A DNA stretch of 64,000 bases, taken from the sequence record PZ386977.1; one strand, written 5' to 3'. Each line of letters opens with the position of its first letter. The stretch's first letter is position 1. Made by a program: the position numbers and the translations under genes. Under the pieces are notes generated by a model. That model saw only the letters and a program-made list of their open reading frames with translations, had not been told where the DNA came from and did not search any database. Origin of the DNA: a phage. Positions 1-11,182 of this stretch are shown here, in pieces.

Positions 1-299
1 TGCGGGCCATTTTTCTTAGTTTCTTGATGTGGAACTTCATAGACCTTAGGGTTAGGACATTCAATAAAATGCTCATCTAAATCGGTCGAGAATATTAAAG
101 TAAAACAATTACTGAATTTACCAACACCGGCCTGATAAATTTTACCTTCAGAAGTTCTAATTTCACAAACCGAGCCGGCATCAGTAACTTCTAAAACTTC
201 AAAAGGCTCGATAAGGTCATATGAGAACATGTTTTTAAGGCGTGGAGTAATATCCCCATTTTTAAAATTCATTTTATAAAAAGTATTAACTTTAAACAT
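1..299 (-). CDS. hypothetical protein, 5' portion only (ORF runs past window start)
   Basis: ATG at 297-299 (minus) with GAGGA upstream; frame open for 99 codons to position 1; not in ORF track because no stop lies in window. Confidence 0.4.
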   Translation of the reverse strand, partial: MFKVNTFYKMNFKNGDITPRLKNMFSYDLIEPFEVLEVTDAGSVCEIRTSEGKIYQAGVGKFSNCFTLIFSTDLDEHFIECPNPKVYEVPHQETKKNGP

Positions 300-311
300 A
301 ATTTCCTCAGT

Positions 312-327
312 GGGAGCCGAAGCTCCC
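312..327 (-). other. RNA stem-loop GGGAGC-UUCG-GCUCCC (minus-strand transcript), no U-tract
   Basis: Perfect 6-bp inverted repeat with 4-nt loop between stop of 335..700 gene and the SD of the next gene. Confidence 0.6.
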
Positions 328-334
328 AATTAAT

Positions 335-700
335 TTAGATATCAAATTCGTTAAGAACTACATCAAAGATTGCTTCGAGATGTTCAGGTTTAGCTCGGTT
401 GCTCAGGATATGACGAATCCAAGTTTTAACCAGAAGTTTACGATTATCACCATTCCAGCAAGGATGAGTACCTAAATCACGCTGACGGAAATCATCATCT
501 AATGCAATTTTAAAATTTGAACCTTCCATCGTGATTGAAACCGTGATACCATTTTCAAATCGCATATAAACGTAATTAGGAGTCATGCACTGTTCGATTT
601 CACAAACTGTACCGTTTTCGTGTTTCCATAAGCAAATAACTTCAGAAGAACCAGCAATACCGTTAGAAACATATTTACGTTCGAAGTTGGTGTAGTTCAT
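335..700 (-). CDS. hypothetical protein (121 aa)
   Basis: ORF track; early promoter just upstream; no recognisable motif. Confidence 0.6.
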   Translation of the reverse strand: MNYTNFERKYVSNGIAGSSEVICLWKHENGTVCEIEQCMTPNYVYMRFENGITVSITMEGSNFKIALDDDFRQRDLGTHPCWNGDNRKLLVKTWIRHILSNRAKPEHLEAIFDVVLNEFDI

Positions 701-741
701 TTTATTCTCCAGATGTTTAAGTTGTTTGTTGGTACAGGTCT

Positions 742-770
742 ATAATAACATAACCTGTACCAAAGTAAAC
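742..770 (-). promoter_or_regulatory. early sigma70-type promoter (GTTTAC -35, 17-nt spacer, TATTAT -10)
   Basis: Plus-strand ataata at 742-747 and gtaaac at 765-770; flanked by inverted repeat ggtacagg/cctgtacc. Confidence 0.6.
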
Positions 771-774
771 TGTT

Positions 775-1143
775 TTATGCAACTTTAATCCAATTGTCTA
801 AATTTAAAACACCTTTGGCTTTCATTTTTTCGATCAGGTTATCTGCTGTAATGCGTCCATTTTGATACCATGTAACATCTTCAGAGTAACCAGTTTCTTC
901 GTCAACATATGTTTCTGAACGAATTTTACCGGTAATAATAGTTTTTAATTCATATGTGTCACCTGTGAAAAAGTTTGCTAACACAATTTTCCAAGAGAAA
1001 TCATCAGAAGGACCTTCAGGGGTCATACAACCTACGAACTCAAATTGCTCTTTGTATAACATCCACTGGAATTCTTTAATTTCGATAGCTTTATAACCGT
1101 CATGGTCTTTACATTTGATGTATGAGTTCAGATTGATTTTCAT
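775..1143 (-). CDS. hypothetical protein (122 aa)
   Basis: ORF track; promoter upstream. Confidence 0.6.
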   Translation of the reverse strand: MKINLNSYIKCKDHDGYKAIEIKEFQWMLYKEQFEFVGCMTPEGPSDDFSWKIVLANFFTGDTYELKTIITGKIRSETYVDEETGYSEDVTWYQNGRITADNLIEKMKAKGVLNLDNWIKVA

Positions 1144-1185
1144 TTTGTTCTCCAGGTTGTTTTATTGATTAGGTGGTACAAGTCT

Positions 1186-1214
1186 ATAGTAACACATCCT
1201 ACAGGAGAGTAAAC
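1186..1214 (-). promoter_or_regulatory. early promoter (GTTTAC -35, TACTAT -10)
   Basis: gtaaac at 1209-1214, atagta 17 nt away on plus strand. Confidence 0.55.
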
Positions 1215-1250
1215 ATCTTTTTAAACTTTTTCTGCCCTAAACGCACAAAA

Positions 1251-1268
1251 GGGAGACCGAAGTCTCCC
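1251..1268 (-). terminator. intrinsic terminator hairpin GGGAGAC-UUCG-GUCUCCC followed by UUUUG on minus RNA
   Basis: Perfect 7-bp stem, tetraloop, T-run in minus orientation (plus 1241-1250 acgcacaaaa). Confidence 0.7.
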
Positions 1269-1273
1269 TAAAA

Positions 1274-1453
1274 TTATGCAACAACCTTTCCAAAACGAGA
1301 AGCATCATCTCGAAGAACTGCACGTGCTCTGCGCATGATCTTCTCAACTGTTTGATTAATACGAGAGTTCGACCCACGCTTGTATCCAGCGCGTTTAGAG
1401 GTACCATCAACTTTCTTTTCAACTGCTTTCTTTGCTTTAGCTTGTTTTGCCAT
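1274..1453 (-). CDS. small basic Lys/Arg-rich protein (59 aa), function unknown
   Basis: Own translation: MAKQAKAKKAVEKK...RFGKVVA, ATG at 1451-1453, stop immediately before terminator hairpin; below 60-aa cutoff of ORF track. Confidence 0.5.
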   Translation of the reverse strand: MAKQAKAKKAVEKKVDGTSKRAGYKRGSNSRINQTVEKIMRRARAVLRDDASRFGKVVA

Positions 1454-1748
1454 TATAAATTCTCTTTAAATGAAAATGCAGGACTTATTGACATTGCCTG
1501 CGCAAGCCCTCAAGGGGAACATAGGTTTTGGATATTTAACGACAGGATAACCATAAACCCGTCATCATACCAACCACGACTTAGACAGATAACCTTTTTC
1601 TGACGCGTGATAGTACAAAATACATTCAAGAGGTACACCGTAAAACTGCCGGGGTCTTAAAACTATAATGATTCGCAAATCATTAATCAGACAGTTCGAC
1701 GGCTCCTCGATTTTCTAGCCGCACTTAAGGTAGCGAATCACCTAAAAC

Positions 1749-1997
1749 TTATTTAAGGGTAATAACAAAATGACGTACTGCTTTACGAGCTGCAGAAGCC
1801 AAAGGCTTAGCATATTTCAGTTCATCTTTTGCTTCCAGTTCAGAGGCCAAAGCTGCCTGAGCAGGATTCAGATGTTTGAAATATCGCAGGATTTCCAGTG
1901 CTTCAGCTTCAACATCAATTGAAGCGCCGTAGTTTTCGTGACCGTTATTCCATGCGTTGCGTTGCAGTTCAAGAGCGTGTTGTAATTGTTTAATCAT
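1749..1997 (-). CDS. rIII: rIII lysis-inhibition accessory protein (82 aa)
   Basis: Near-identical to recalled T4 rIII (MIKQLQHALELQRNAWNNGHENYGA...); size and position next to gene 31. Confidence 0.85.
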   Translation of the reverse strand: MIKQLQHALELQRNAWNNGHENYGASIDVEAEALEILRYFKHLNPAQAALASELEAKDELKYAKPLASAARKAVRHFVITLK

Positions 1998-2121
1998 TTT
2001 AAATTCTCAATTCGAGATAATATTTAGTAGCCACGTTCGTCTGAATTTCACCTTCTTTCGACAAGTCTCTCGGTTGTAGGCTACCGCTTAGAAGAGTGTT
2101 CTCTTCATATAGTTATTTATA

Positions 2122-2454
2122 TCACTTATAAAGACACGGAATAGCTTTATAGTGGCATGTTACGAATTTCTGTTTAATTTCTTTAGGTTGTTTAAGTCCC
2201 AAAGCCACAAATGGATGTGGAACATTTCGAATTTGTCCAACTGGTAGTGGAGTCAAATCACCGACTTCAACAAAACCTTCAGGAACATCAGGACCTACAG
2301 AATGAACTACACATAGTTCAGGAACTTCACCTTGAACACGTTTACCAATCACAAGTCCTGATTCGGTAACTTCTTCATCACCTGCTTGAGCGGGTTCAGA
2401 AACCAGAATGACATATTCACCAACAGCACGAATTGGGAGTTGTACTTCAGACAT
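2122..2454 (-). CDS. 31: gp31 GroES-like co-chaperonin for capsid protein folding
   Basis: 110 aa, [34 protein letters not shown]... matches T4 gp31. Confidence 0.9.
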   Translation of the reverse strand: MSEVQLPIRAVGEYVILVSEPAQAGDEEVTESGLVIGKRVQGEVPELCVVHSVGPDVPEGFVEVGDLTPLPVGQIRNVPHPFVALGLKQPKEIKQKFVTCHYKAIPCLYK

Positions 2455-2484
2455 CTTATTTCCTTGTTGTTTGACGATAGATTA

Positions 2485-2509
2485 ATAATACCATACTATT
2501 CGTAAAGCA
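2485..2509 (-). promoter_or_regulatory. MotA-dependent middle promoter (MotA box TGCTTTA, 12-nt spacer, TATTAT -10)
   Basis: Plus taaagca at 2503-2509 and ataata at 2485-2490, upstream of gene 31 start. Confidence 0.6.
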
Positions 2510-2511
2510 TA

Positions 2512-2820
2512 TTACATAAGAAGCAAACGTTCTACCGGAGTACCATCAACCGAAATTACTTTATCAAGGCGGAAAGAACGCCACTGACCTAACTTGGTAT
2601 CGAATGCTCGAACTGATTCACGAGGTTCATAACGAACTTCTGTTGCCGGATTGTTATTTTCATATTTGACTTCAAGTTCATCACGAGAAGCAAACATCGT
2701 GCGAACATCACCATTAGCCTTTTCAAATATAACACAATGAACGCCTACAGACAGAATAGTTTTAATACGTTCACGAAGAACCATAGTTTCTTGTTCAGTT
2801 AAAATCATATTATTCACCAC
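2512..2820 (-). CDS. hypothetical protein (102 aa), 31.1-like position
   Basis: ORF track; overlaps cd stop by 11 nt. Confidence 0.6.
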   Translation of the reverse strand: MVNNMILTEQETMVLRERIKTILSVGVHCVIFEKANGDVRTMFASRDELEVKYENNNPATEVRYEPRESVRAFDTKLGQWRSFRLDKVISVDGTPVERLLLM

Positions 2821-3391
2821 AAAAGTTTCGGATTTGTTCCCAATTCAGAGAACGAAGATTATTACGAGAGTACTGAATTACTTCAATACCGGCTTGTTTA
2901 AGAATGTCTGCCCAATTTTCAGGAGATCTGTCATATAACTCAGCGTATACAACCTTTTTAATACCTGACTGCGTAATAGCTTTAGTGCAATCAGGACATG
3001 GAGAAAGCGTAGTATATAACGTAGCACCTTCAATAGAATTACCTTTACGAGCTGCAAATAAAATTGCATTCAATTCTGCATGTATTTCGTTATTAGCAGA
3101 CCATGCACTATGAGCAGCCCGATGTTCTTTAGCTAAAACAAAATTATCTACCCGTCCAAATGCTGTAGTGCCTTCTTTATGTCCAGCAACGATGGCTGGG
3201 ATTGGTTTATTCTTCAACCAACCATTTTCAGATGCATGTTCGCAACAGTTAACGCCACCTGCAGGTGAACCGTTATATCCAGTAGAGATAATGCGTCCAT
3301 CTTTTTCAATGACGGCACCAACTTTCCATGAACAACATTTTGATTCTTGAGAAATCAGATATGCAATCTGAAGGTATGTGCTAGCTTTCAT
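2810..3391 (-). CDS. cd: dCMP deaminase
   Basis: 193 aa; HAELNAI and PCxxC zinc-binding deaminase motifs; T4 cd size. Confidence 0.9.
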   Translation of the reverse strand: MKASTYLQIAYLISQESKCCSWKVGAVIEKDGRIISTGYNGSPAGGVNCCEHASENGWLKNKPIPAIVAGHKEGTTAFGRVDNFVLAKEHRAAHSAWSANNEIHAELNAILFAARKGNSIEGATLYTTLSPCPDCTKAITQSGIKKVVYAELYDRSPENWADILKQAGIEVIQYSRNNLRSLNWEQIRNFCGE

Positions 3392-4383
3392 TATTGAACC
3401 TTATTAATATAAGTTAACAGCTCTTTAGTTTGTTCCCAACTGATGCACGCATCGGTAACGGAAATGCCATAGGACATATTATCAGAAATTTTTTGATTTC
3501 CTTCATGTAGGAACGATTCTATCATAATTCCTTTGACCAAATCATTAGCTGCTAAATTTTTACCAATACCAATTTGATTGCTATAATGCCCTTCAGCGTT
3601 TGCATGGCTACAGTCAACCATTACATAATGATTCAGACCTACTGCCCTTGCTTTGTTAGAAGCTTCTTGAATATCAGAAGAATGATAGTTCGGGCCGTTG
3701 GTCCCGCCACGCAATACGATATGCGTATTCTGATTACCTTCAGCTTCAACAATGCCTACAGTACCATCGACGTCCATACCCATATACCGATGAGGCCAGG
3801 CGGCACTATACATCGCGTCTGTAGCTACTTTAATAGAACCATTGGTTGCGTTCTTGAAGCCTACGCACATCGGTAGACCTGAAGCAATTTCACGATGTGT
3901 CTGACTTTCAGTCGTACGGGCGCCAATAGCAACCCATGAGAAAATACCAGAAAGATACTTAATCGTGAATGGGTCTAATACTTCAGTTGCTAATGGAAGT
4001 CCCATACGTAGAAGTTTACGACACAATGTTCGTGCAACTATAAGACCGTGGTTCATATCAAAACTTCCGTCAAGATATGGATCATTTACAAGACCTTTCC
4101 AACCTACGGTAGTTCGAGGCTTTTCAAAATAAACGCGCATCACTAACAGAACATTAGGAAGACGAGTTTGAAGTTCAGCCAGACGTTTGCCGTATTCAAC
4201 AGCAGCAATAGGGTCATGAATTGAACAAGGACCTACAACAATAAGTTTGCGTGGGTCTTCACCATTCATAATCGAATTAACTTGTTCGCGATGAGAAGCC
4301 ACTTGTGATGCGTAAGCTTCCGACAAAGGAATAATCTCAGCCAGTTCTTTTGGAGAAATAAGTTTTCCGACGACAGGTAACAT
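3391..4383 (-). CDS. 3-deoxy-D-arabino-heptulosonate-7-phosphate (DAHP) synthase, class I (AroG/AroF-like)
   Basis: 330 aa; LIVVGPCSIHD, VMRVYFEKPRTTVGWKGL, IGARTTESQ, GFKN motifs as in E. coli AroG; stop overlaps cd start; AAGGA SD. Confidence 0.85.
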   Translation of the reverse strand: MLPVVGKLISPKELAEIIPLSEAYASQVASHREQVNSIMNGEDPRKLIVVGPCSIHDPIAAVEYGKRLAELQTRLPNVLLVMRVYFEKPRTTVGWKGLVNDPYLDGSFDMNHGLIVARTLCRKLLRMGLPLATEVLDPFTIKYLSGIFSWVAIGARTTESQTHREIASGLPMCVGFKNATNGSIKVATDAMYSAAWPHRYMGMDVDGTVGIVEAEGNQNTHIVLRGGTNGPNYHSSDIQEASNKARAVGLNHYVMVDCSHANAEGHYSNQIGIGKNLAANDLVKGIMIESFLHEGNQKISDNMSYGISVTDACISWEQTKELLTYINKVQ

Positions 4384-4503
4384 AACAATCCTTAGGAGAT
4401 ATAAACAGATTCTGATTCAACAATACCTTTAACCGGATTAGACAGGCTAAGTTGGTAGTGCTCAGATTTATGACCATTCTCGATAGTAATGAGATAACTC
4501 TCA

Positions 4504-4740
4504 TTATAGTGTTCCGTATACTCGAGTTGCTTCAACAAGACCATCACTGCCTAATTTAAGATTAGTAATTTGGTCACCATCTTTAGGATTAACGATTACG
4601 AGAAAAGAACGTGGAGATTCTTGAATAACTCGTAATGTTGCATCTTGGAAACGTTCAGACACTTTATTGATGAGTGCTTGAGCAAATTCTTTTACTTTAA
4701 TCTGAAATTCGTGTACTGTAATTGGGTTTTCACTTAGCAT
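4504..4740 (-). CDS. hypothetical protein (78 aa)
   Basis: ORF track; promoter upstream. Confidence 0.55.
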   Translation of the reverse strand: MLSENPITVHEFQIKVKEFAQALINKVSERFQDATLRVIQESPRSFLVIVNPKDGDQITNLKLGSDGLVEATRVYGTL

Positions 4741-4768
4741 TTCTATTTCCTCATTTGTTGGTAGAGTT

Positions 4769-4798
4769 ATAGTATCACAACTCCACCGTGTTGTAAAC
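4769..4798 (-). promoter_or_regulatory. early promoter (GTTTAC -35, TACTAT -10, 18-nt spacer)
   Basis: gtaaac 4793-4798, atagta 4769-4774. Confidence 0.5.
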
Positions 4799-4800
4799 CA

Positions 4801-5076
4801 TTAAATTGCTTTGCATTCAATTTTTTGTGTACCGAAATTGATATCACATTGGATAACTAAATCGCCGTCAAGATCAAATACCACTATGACGTGTGCAGAC
4901 CCAGGGAGAAGAGTAATAGCAATAGAATCTACTTGGTCTGGGAGCAAAGCATTGAGTACATGAGTTAGTTGAGCATGAACTCTGAGTTCGGCTGCATTAT
5001 CAAGCACTTCAAACATATTATTAGCAATAATCTGACTGAAGACTACCTTTACAATTTCAGAATAAGTTGGGAACAT
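4801..5076 (-). CDS. hypothetical protein (91 aa)
   Basis: ORF track. Confidence 0.55.
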   Translation of the reverse strand: MFPTYSEIVKVVFSQIIANNMFEVLDNAAELRVHAQLTHVLNALLPDQVDSIAITLLPGSAHVIVVFDLDGDLVIQCDINFGTQKIECKAI

Positions 5077-5083
5077 AATTACC

Positions 5084-5308
5084 TCAGTGTACAGTATTTA
5101 CTTTAACTCGAACAACAAATCGCTCGGTCGGTTCACCTACAGGAACAAACTCTACATGATATTCGCCTTTGTAACGAGTATTCAGATCATTACGAATTCC
5201 TGCGAGTTTGTTAATTAATGTAGGACTCATATTAAGTCCCACTAGTTTACGAAGCATTTTGTATGCTTCATCTTCGATTTCATGATGTTTATCGTACATA
5301 GTTTTCAT
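5084..5308 (-). CDS. hypothetical protein (74 aa)
   Basis: ORF track. Confidence 0.55.
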   Translation of the reverse strand: MKTMYDKHHEIEDEAYKMLRKLVGLNMSPTLINKLAGIRNDLNTRYKGEYHVEFVPVGEPTERFVVRVKVNTVH

Positions 5309-5479
5309 TTAACCATTCAATTGCCTGGTCGACGTTATCAAATATACCACCGTCCAAACGTTCTTCATGCTCATAGTCCAGCACATCAATACCGAACTGT
5401 CCATTTACTAAAGGCCAGGCAACAAACAAATATTCTTTATGCCGTTCAATGGCCTCAATCACTTCATATAATCGTTTCA

Positions 5480-5480
<1 letters not shown>
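5289..5480 (-). CDS. hypothetical protein (63 aa)
   Basis: ORF track; abuts pseT stop. Confidence 0.5.
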
Positions 5481-6566
<1,086 letters not shown>

Positions 6567-6567
<1 letters not shown>

Positions 6568-6866
6568 TATTTTATTCCTAAGAAAATTTCAAGAATACGA
6601 ATGTTATGCTCGCGCCGGTCTTTATTAATTTCAGCAACGTTTTTATTAATTGACGTACTTCTAACGTTTGAAGAAATAAATTTAATCATATGACTTTTGA
6701 GTTGTTGCAAATCCAACCCTTTTTCTTTAGCAGCTTTACGAAGAGCTTTACCTGCTTCATCTAGCGCCTTTGCTGCATCTTTGTCATAATTGCCAAGTGA
6801 CATTCCGCGACAGATATCAATATACTCATCAGACCGTTTGATGTAATTCTCTAGTAATGTTTTCAT
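6567..6866 (-). CDS. hypothetical protein (99 aa)
   Basis: ORF track; promoter upstream. Confidence 0.55.
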
Positions 6867-6894
6867 TTAGATTTCCTCAATTATCCATAGGAGC

Positions 6895-6924
6895 ATTATA
6901 ATCTGCTCCTGAGAGTTTGTAAAC
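6895..6924 (-). promoter_or_regulatory. early promoter (GTTTAC -35, TATAAT -10, 18-nt spacer)
   Basis: gtaaac 6919-6924, attata 6895-6900; -10 sits in inverted repeat ggagca/tgctcc. Confidence 0.55.
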
Positions 6925-7148
6925 TATTTTACTAAAGATTCAATATACTCGTGAAGAGCTTTAGTCGCTACTGCCCACTTATTCTGATATTCATTTTTCA
7001 GATTAGCACGAGACTGAACTAACAATCGGTCATTAGTCGGAGGCAAAGATTCTAATCGTTGAATCTGGCGCCCATAAATCATAGCCGCCATTTCAGATTC
7101 ATAGATAAGCCCTTTAATGTATTCATGCTGTTCTTTAGTCATTGGCAT
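6924..7148 (-). CDS. hypothetical protein (74 aa)
   Basis: ORF track. Confidence 0.5.
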   Translation of the reverse strand: MPMTKEQHEYIKGLIYESEMAAMIYGRQIQRLESLPPTNDRLLVQSRANLKNEYQNKWAVATKALHEYIESLVK

Positions 7149-7429
7149 TTTTCCTCTTTTAAACCACTACGATAATAACATATCATAGTCTTCTGGTCAT
7201 GTACATATCTTTTTACGTCGTTTAACCAGATACGAAATTCTTGAGAGTCTTCAAACGGCATTCCAACCCACGGATTACCATCAATAACCTTTACTTGCCA
7301 TTTCTGGTTATATTCAACAATAGATTCAGGCCATGGCGGATGTAAAGTTTCTTTAGGGCTTAAGGGCACATCCTGGGCACATCCAGCCAAAATACCAATA
7401 GATAATACAACTGCGGTTAATTTAATCAT
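7139..7429 (-). CDS. putative lipoprotein (96 aa)
   Basis: N-terminal signal peptide with lipobox LAGC (MIKLTAVVLSIGILAGCAQ). Confidence 0.6.
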   Translation of the reverse strand: MIKLTAVVLSIGILAGCAQDVPLSPKETLHPPWPESIVEYNQKWQVKVIDGNPWVGMPFEDSQEFRIWLNDVKRYVHDQKTMICYYRSGLKEEKCQ

Positions 7430-7782
7430 TCTGAGAGCTTCCTGAGGTCTTCTGCAAAGGAATCGAAGGACCTGTTGATTTGTTTTTCGACCAATCCTGG
7501 TTTACTTGCCACCACGTTCTTCTTCTTCGAATCCTTACGGAGCTTTTCATTTTCAGCCTTAAGTTGGTCAACTAAAACACGATTCTTATAAGTCATTTCT
7601 TCGATTGACTGATATTGAACCTTGAAGTCGTCTAATACTTTAGCATTGTTTTTAGCAGTCTCTTTAACAGAAGCCAATTCAGTATTCAGCGAATCAACTT
7701 TGTTGTTTAAGACAACTATTGTTACCGTAGAAACTAGAGCAAAAGCTGCTACTATAGCGTAAATCGGATTTACTTTAAGCAT
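7426..7782 (-). CDS. putative membrane-anchored coiled-coil protein (118 aa)
   Basis: Hydrophobic N-terminal segment IYAIVAAFALVSTVTIVVL followed by heptad-like charged region. Confidence 0.55.
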   Translation of the reverse strand: MLKVNPIYAIVAAFALVSTVTIVVLNNKVDSLNTELASVKETAKNNAKVLDDFKVQYQSIEEMTYKNRVLVDQLKAENEKLRKDSKKKNVVASKPGLVEKQINRSFDSFAEDLRKLSE

Positions 7783-8270
7783 GTTTTAATAATCTCAATG
7801 ATTTCATCTCGGGACAATCCATTGATAAGAACGGTTTTCAAACCATCACACTGGATTTTGTATGATTCAAACATTACACACAACTCTTCCGCTGTATGAT
7901 ATGGACTTGAGATTCCGAGACGGTTGAATTTGTCGGTAAGAGGGTCGCAAATGATGTAGAATTTTATACCTGCGATATGTACGTTGGGTTGACTAATATT
8001 AATGAACACATTAGCGTCGTATTTAGTCAAATTGTTTTGAAGAAATTCTACCATAGCATTAACTGCTTCTGGCATTGCTTCGCGTTTCTCTTCAGCGTAT
8101 CGGGTGGAATATTCCTTTTGCTTTAACTTCTTTTTAGCATTTTTCGCTAGAGTAGTACGAAGGTCCGTAAGATAACCAACTGCACGGCCTTTCTTAAAGA
8201 CCCGGATTCCATCTGTAGAATCACCAAATGCTGCCACAACCATATCGTTAGTAATCAATTGCATATTCAT
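7770..8270 (-). CDS. alc: Alc-like protein (size and position match T4 alc, inhibitor of host transcription on C-containing DNA)
   Basis: 166 aa between pseT block and rnlA as in T4; sequence not independently recognised. Confidence 0.5.
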   Translation of the reverse strand: MNMQLITNDMVVAAFGDSTDGIRVFKKGRAVGYLTDLRTTLAKNAKKKLKQKEYSTRYAEEKREAMPEAVNAMVEFLQNNLTKYDANVFINISQPNVHIAGIKFYIICDPLTDKFNRLGISSPYHTAEELCVMFESYKIQCDGLKTVLINGLSRDEIIEIIKTCLK

Positions 8271-8300
8271 AATTTTCTCCTCGTGTTGTTGATAAAAACC

Positions 8301-8330
8301 ATAGTAACACCATCCTTGGTGTTTGTAAAC
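8301..8330 (-). promoter_or_regulatory. early promoter (GTTTAC -35, TACTAT -10)
   Basis: gtaaac 8325-8330, atagta 8301-8306. Confidence 0.55.
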
Positions 8331-8332
8331 CG

Positions 8333-9466
<1,134 letters not shown>

Positions 9467-9483
9467 TCAGTTAGTTTTTTTAA

Positions 9484-9513
9484 ATTGTACCACAATCCTT
9501 GTGGTATGTAAAC
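9484..9513 (-). promoter_or_regulatory. early promoter (GTTTAC -35, TACAAT -10)
   Basis: gtaaac 9508-9513, attgta 9484-9489; overlaps 3' end of denA. Confidence 0.5.
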
Positions 9514-9923
9514 TACTTTTTCTTATGTTGGATATTCCAAGGCGGGTTGAACTTTTTGATAAAAAGCGGTTCTTCAAGGTCCATTGTTGCGATGGTCATT
9601 GAACCAAGTTCGTTGGTGACTGAAAGGTCAAAACATTGGCGGGCCCAGAATTCAACCTTTTTGCCTTGCATTAAGGCATCCAAAATCATAAGTGATTTTC
9701 TTGAATCTGAAGTCTGGTCTTTTCGATTTATGGCTGTTCGATAATAGTTAATACGTTTCTTTAAATTCTTGGTTTTACCAATATACACAAGTTCGTCATC
9801 TATAGCAATAGCATATATGACATTTTTCTTATTAGGGACATCAACTGTTTTAATTGTTGCATCTTCTAATAGCTCCAATTCTGTATATTTAATAAAGGAA
9901 TATTCGGCGGCGATATCTTTCAT
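9513..9923 (-). CDS. denA: endonuclease II (GIY-YIG family)
   Basis: 136 aa; VIYAIAIDDELVYIGKTKNLKKRINYYR GIY-YIG motif; near-identical to recalled T4 DenA. Confidence 0.9.
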   Translation of the reverse strand: MKDIAAEYSFIKYTELELLEDATIKTVDVPNKKNVIYAIAIDDELVYIGKTKNLKKRINYYRTAINRKDQTSDSRKSLMILDALMQGKKVEFWARQCFDLSVTNELGSMTIATMDLEEPLFIKKFNPPWNIQHKKK

Positions 9924-9949
9924 AATAAAGTGGGACCGAAGTCCCGTCC

Positions 9950-11128
9950 TTAGAAATATTTTTTGTATGAATTGATTACATTTTGGTCTACATCATTATC
10001 AATTTGTGCTACAAGATAAGAACTGATTTCAACTTCCTGAGGAGCGGCTTGAACTAAATCAGAGTTCAGGTATTCACGAATCCAAGGATACGGATGCTTG
10101 GTCGGAGCATCAGTGATTGGGCATGGCAACCCGCACTGTTTCATACGAGACACAGTCAAGTAATCAACAAAAGCACACATACTTTGCGTATTGATACCTG
10201 GACATGTACCATCTTTAAAGAGGTGTGCAGCCCATTCCTTCTCTTGACTATTTACTTCCATAAAAATGTCAACTGCTTCTTGTTCACATTCTTTAGCAAT
10301 TTGAACCCACTCATCGCCATCAGTACCAGATTGAAGTTGACGGATAATGTACTGAGTACCCTTGAGGTGGAGTTGTTCGTCACGAGCAATGAACTTCATA
10401 ATCTTTGCATTACCTTCCATAATTTCCATATTTTTATGGAAGTTGAAAGTACAAGCAAAAGATACATAAAAACGAATAGCTTCCAGGGCATTGATAACGT
10501 GAAGACAGAGATAAAGCGACTTCATCAGGTCTCGTTTACATTCTTCCAAATGAGTGAGACTGTTTGAATATGCTTCTAAATCATATTCATTTTCGGAAAA
10601 ACATTTAAAAATTTCTTTAGCATTTTCCCATTCACGTGTTTTAACCAGAACATCATCGTAATATTTACCTATTGATTCAGCTCGTTTCATGATTGCTTCG
10701 TCTAATACAATCTCATCAAATACCTTAGATGGGTCTGTATAAAGATTTCGCATAATATGAGTATATGAACGAGAGTGAATAGTTTCACTGAATGTCCATG
10801 TTGCAACCCATGTATCTAATGAAGGGTCAGAAATAAGTGCCATAAGTACCGCAGATGGGGCCCTGCCTTGGATAGAATCTAATAATGATTGATACTTAAG
10901 ATTGTTTGTAAAGATGTCCTGTTGGAACTGAGGAAGCTTATTGAACTGCGCAGAGTCCAACATCAAGTTTACCTCTTCTGGGCGCCAGAAAAACGACAAT
11001 TGCTTTTCAATAAGTTCTTCAAAAACTTTATGTCGCTGAATATCATAACGTGCGAGGCCAAGACCAGAACCAAAGAACATCGGTTCATTCAAAACATCGA
11101 CTTGTTGCGTGTTAAAAACTGTACTCAT
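9950..11128 (-). CDS. nrdB: ribonucleotide reductase small subunit, uninterrupted
   Basis: 392 aa contiguous ORF; di-iron ligand context (EEVNLM..., RDEQLH), position after nrdA. Confidence 0.9.
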   Translation of the reverse strand: MSTVFNTQQVDVLNEPMFFGSGLGLARYDIQRHKVFEELIEKQLSFFWRPEEVNLMLDSAQFNKLPQFQQDIFTNNLKYQSLLDSIQGRAPSAVLMALISDPSLDTWVATWTFSETIHSRSYTHIMRNLYTDPSKVFDEIVLDEAIMKRAESIGKYYDDVLVKTREWENAKEIFKCFSENEYDLEAYSNSLTHLEECKRDLMKSLYLCLHVINALEAIRFYVSFACTFNFHKNMEIMEGNAKIMKFIARDEQLHLKGTQYIIRQLQSGTDGDEWVQIAKECEQEAVDIFMEVNSQEKEWAAHLFKDGTCPGINTQSMCAFVDYLTVSRMKQCGLPCPITDAPTKHPYPWIREYLNSDLVQAAPQEVEISSYLVAQIDNDVDQNVINSYKKYF

Positions 11129-11182
11129 TATATTTTCTCACTTAGTTATAACTCATCCATGAGTAAATTATAATCAAAAGTC

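Noticed and set aside
1237-1422. Track ORF (61 aa, minus) overlapping the 59-aa basic protein gene in another frame
   Set aside because: It reads through the terminator hairpin at 1251-1268 and has no SD; the alternative frame 1274-1453 starts at an ATG and stops right before the terminator.
1352-1603. Plus-strand ORF (83 aa) in the rIII-proximal gap
   Set aside because: Antisense to the minus-strand operon, overlaps a better-supported gene, low-complexity sequence, no SD.
10094-10567. Plus-strand ORF (157 aa) antisense to nrdB
   Set aside because: Shadow ORF inside a confidently identified gene.
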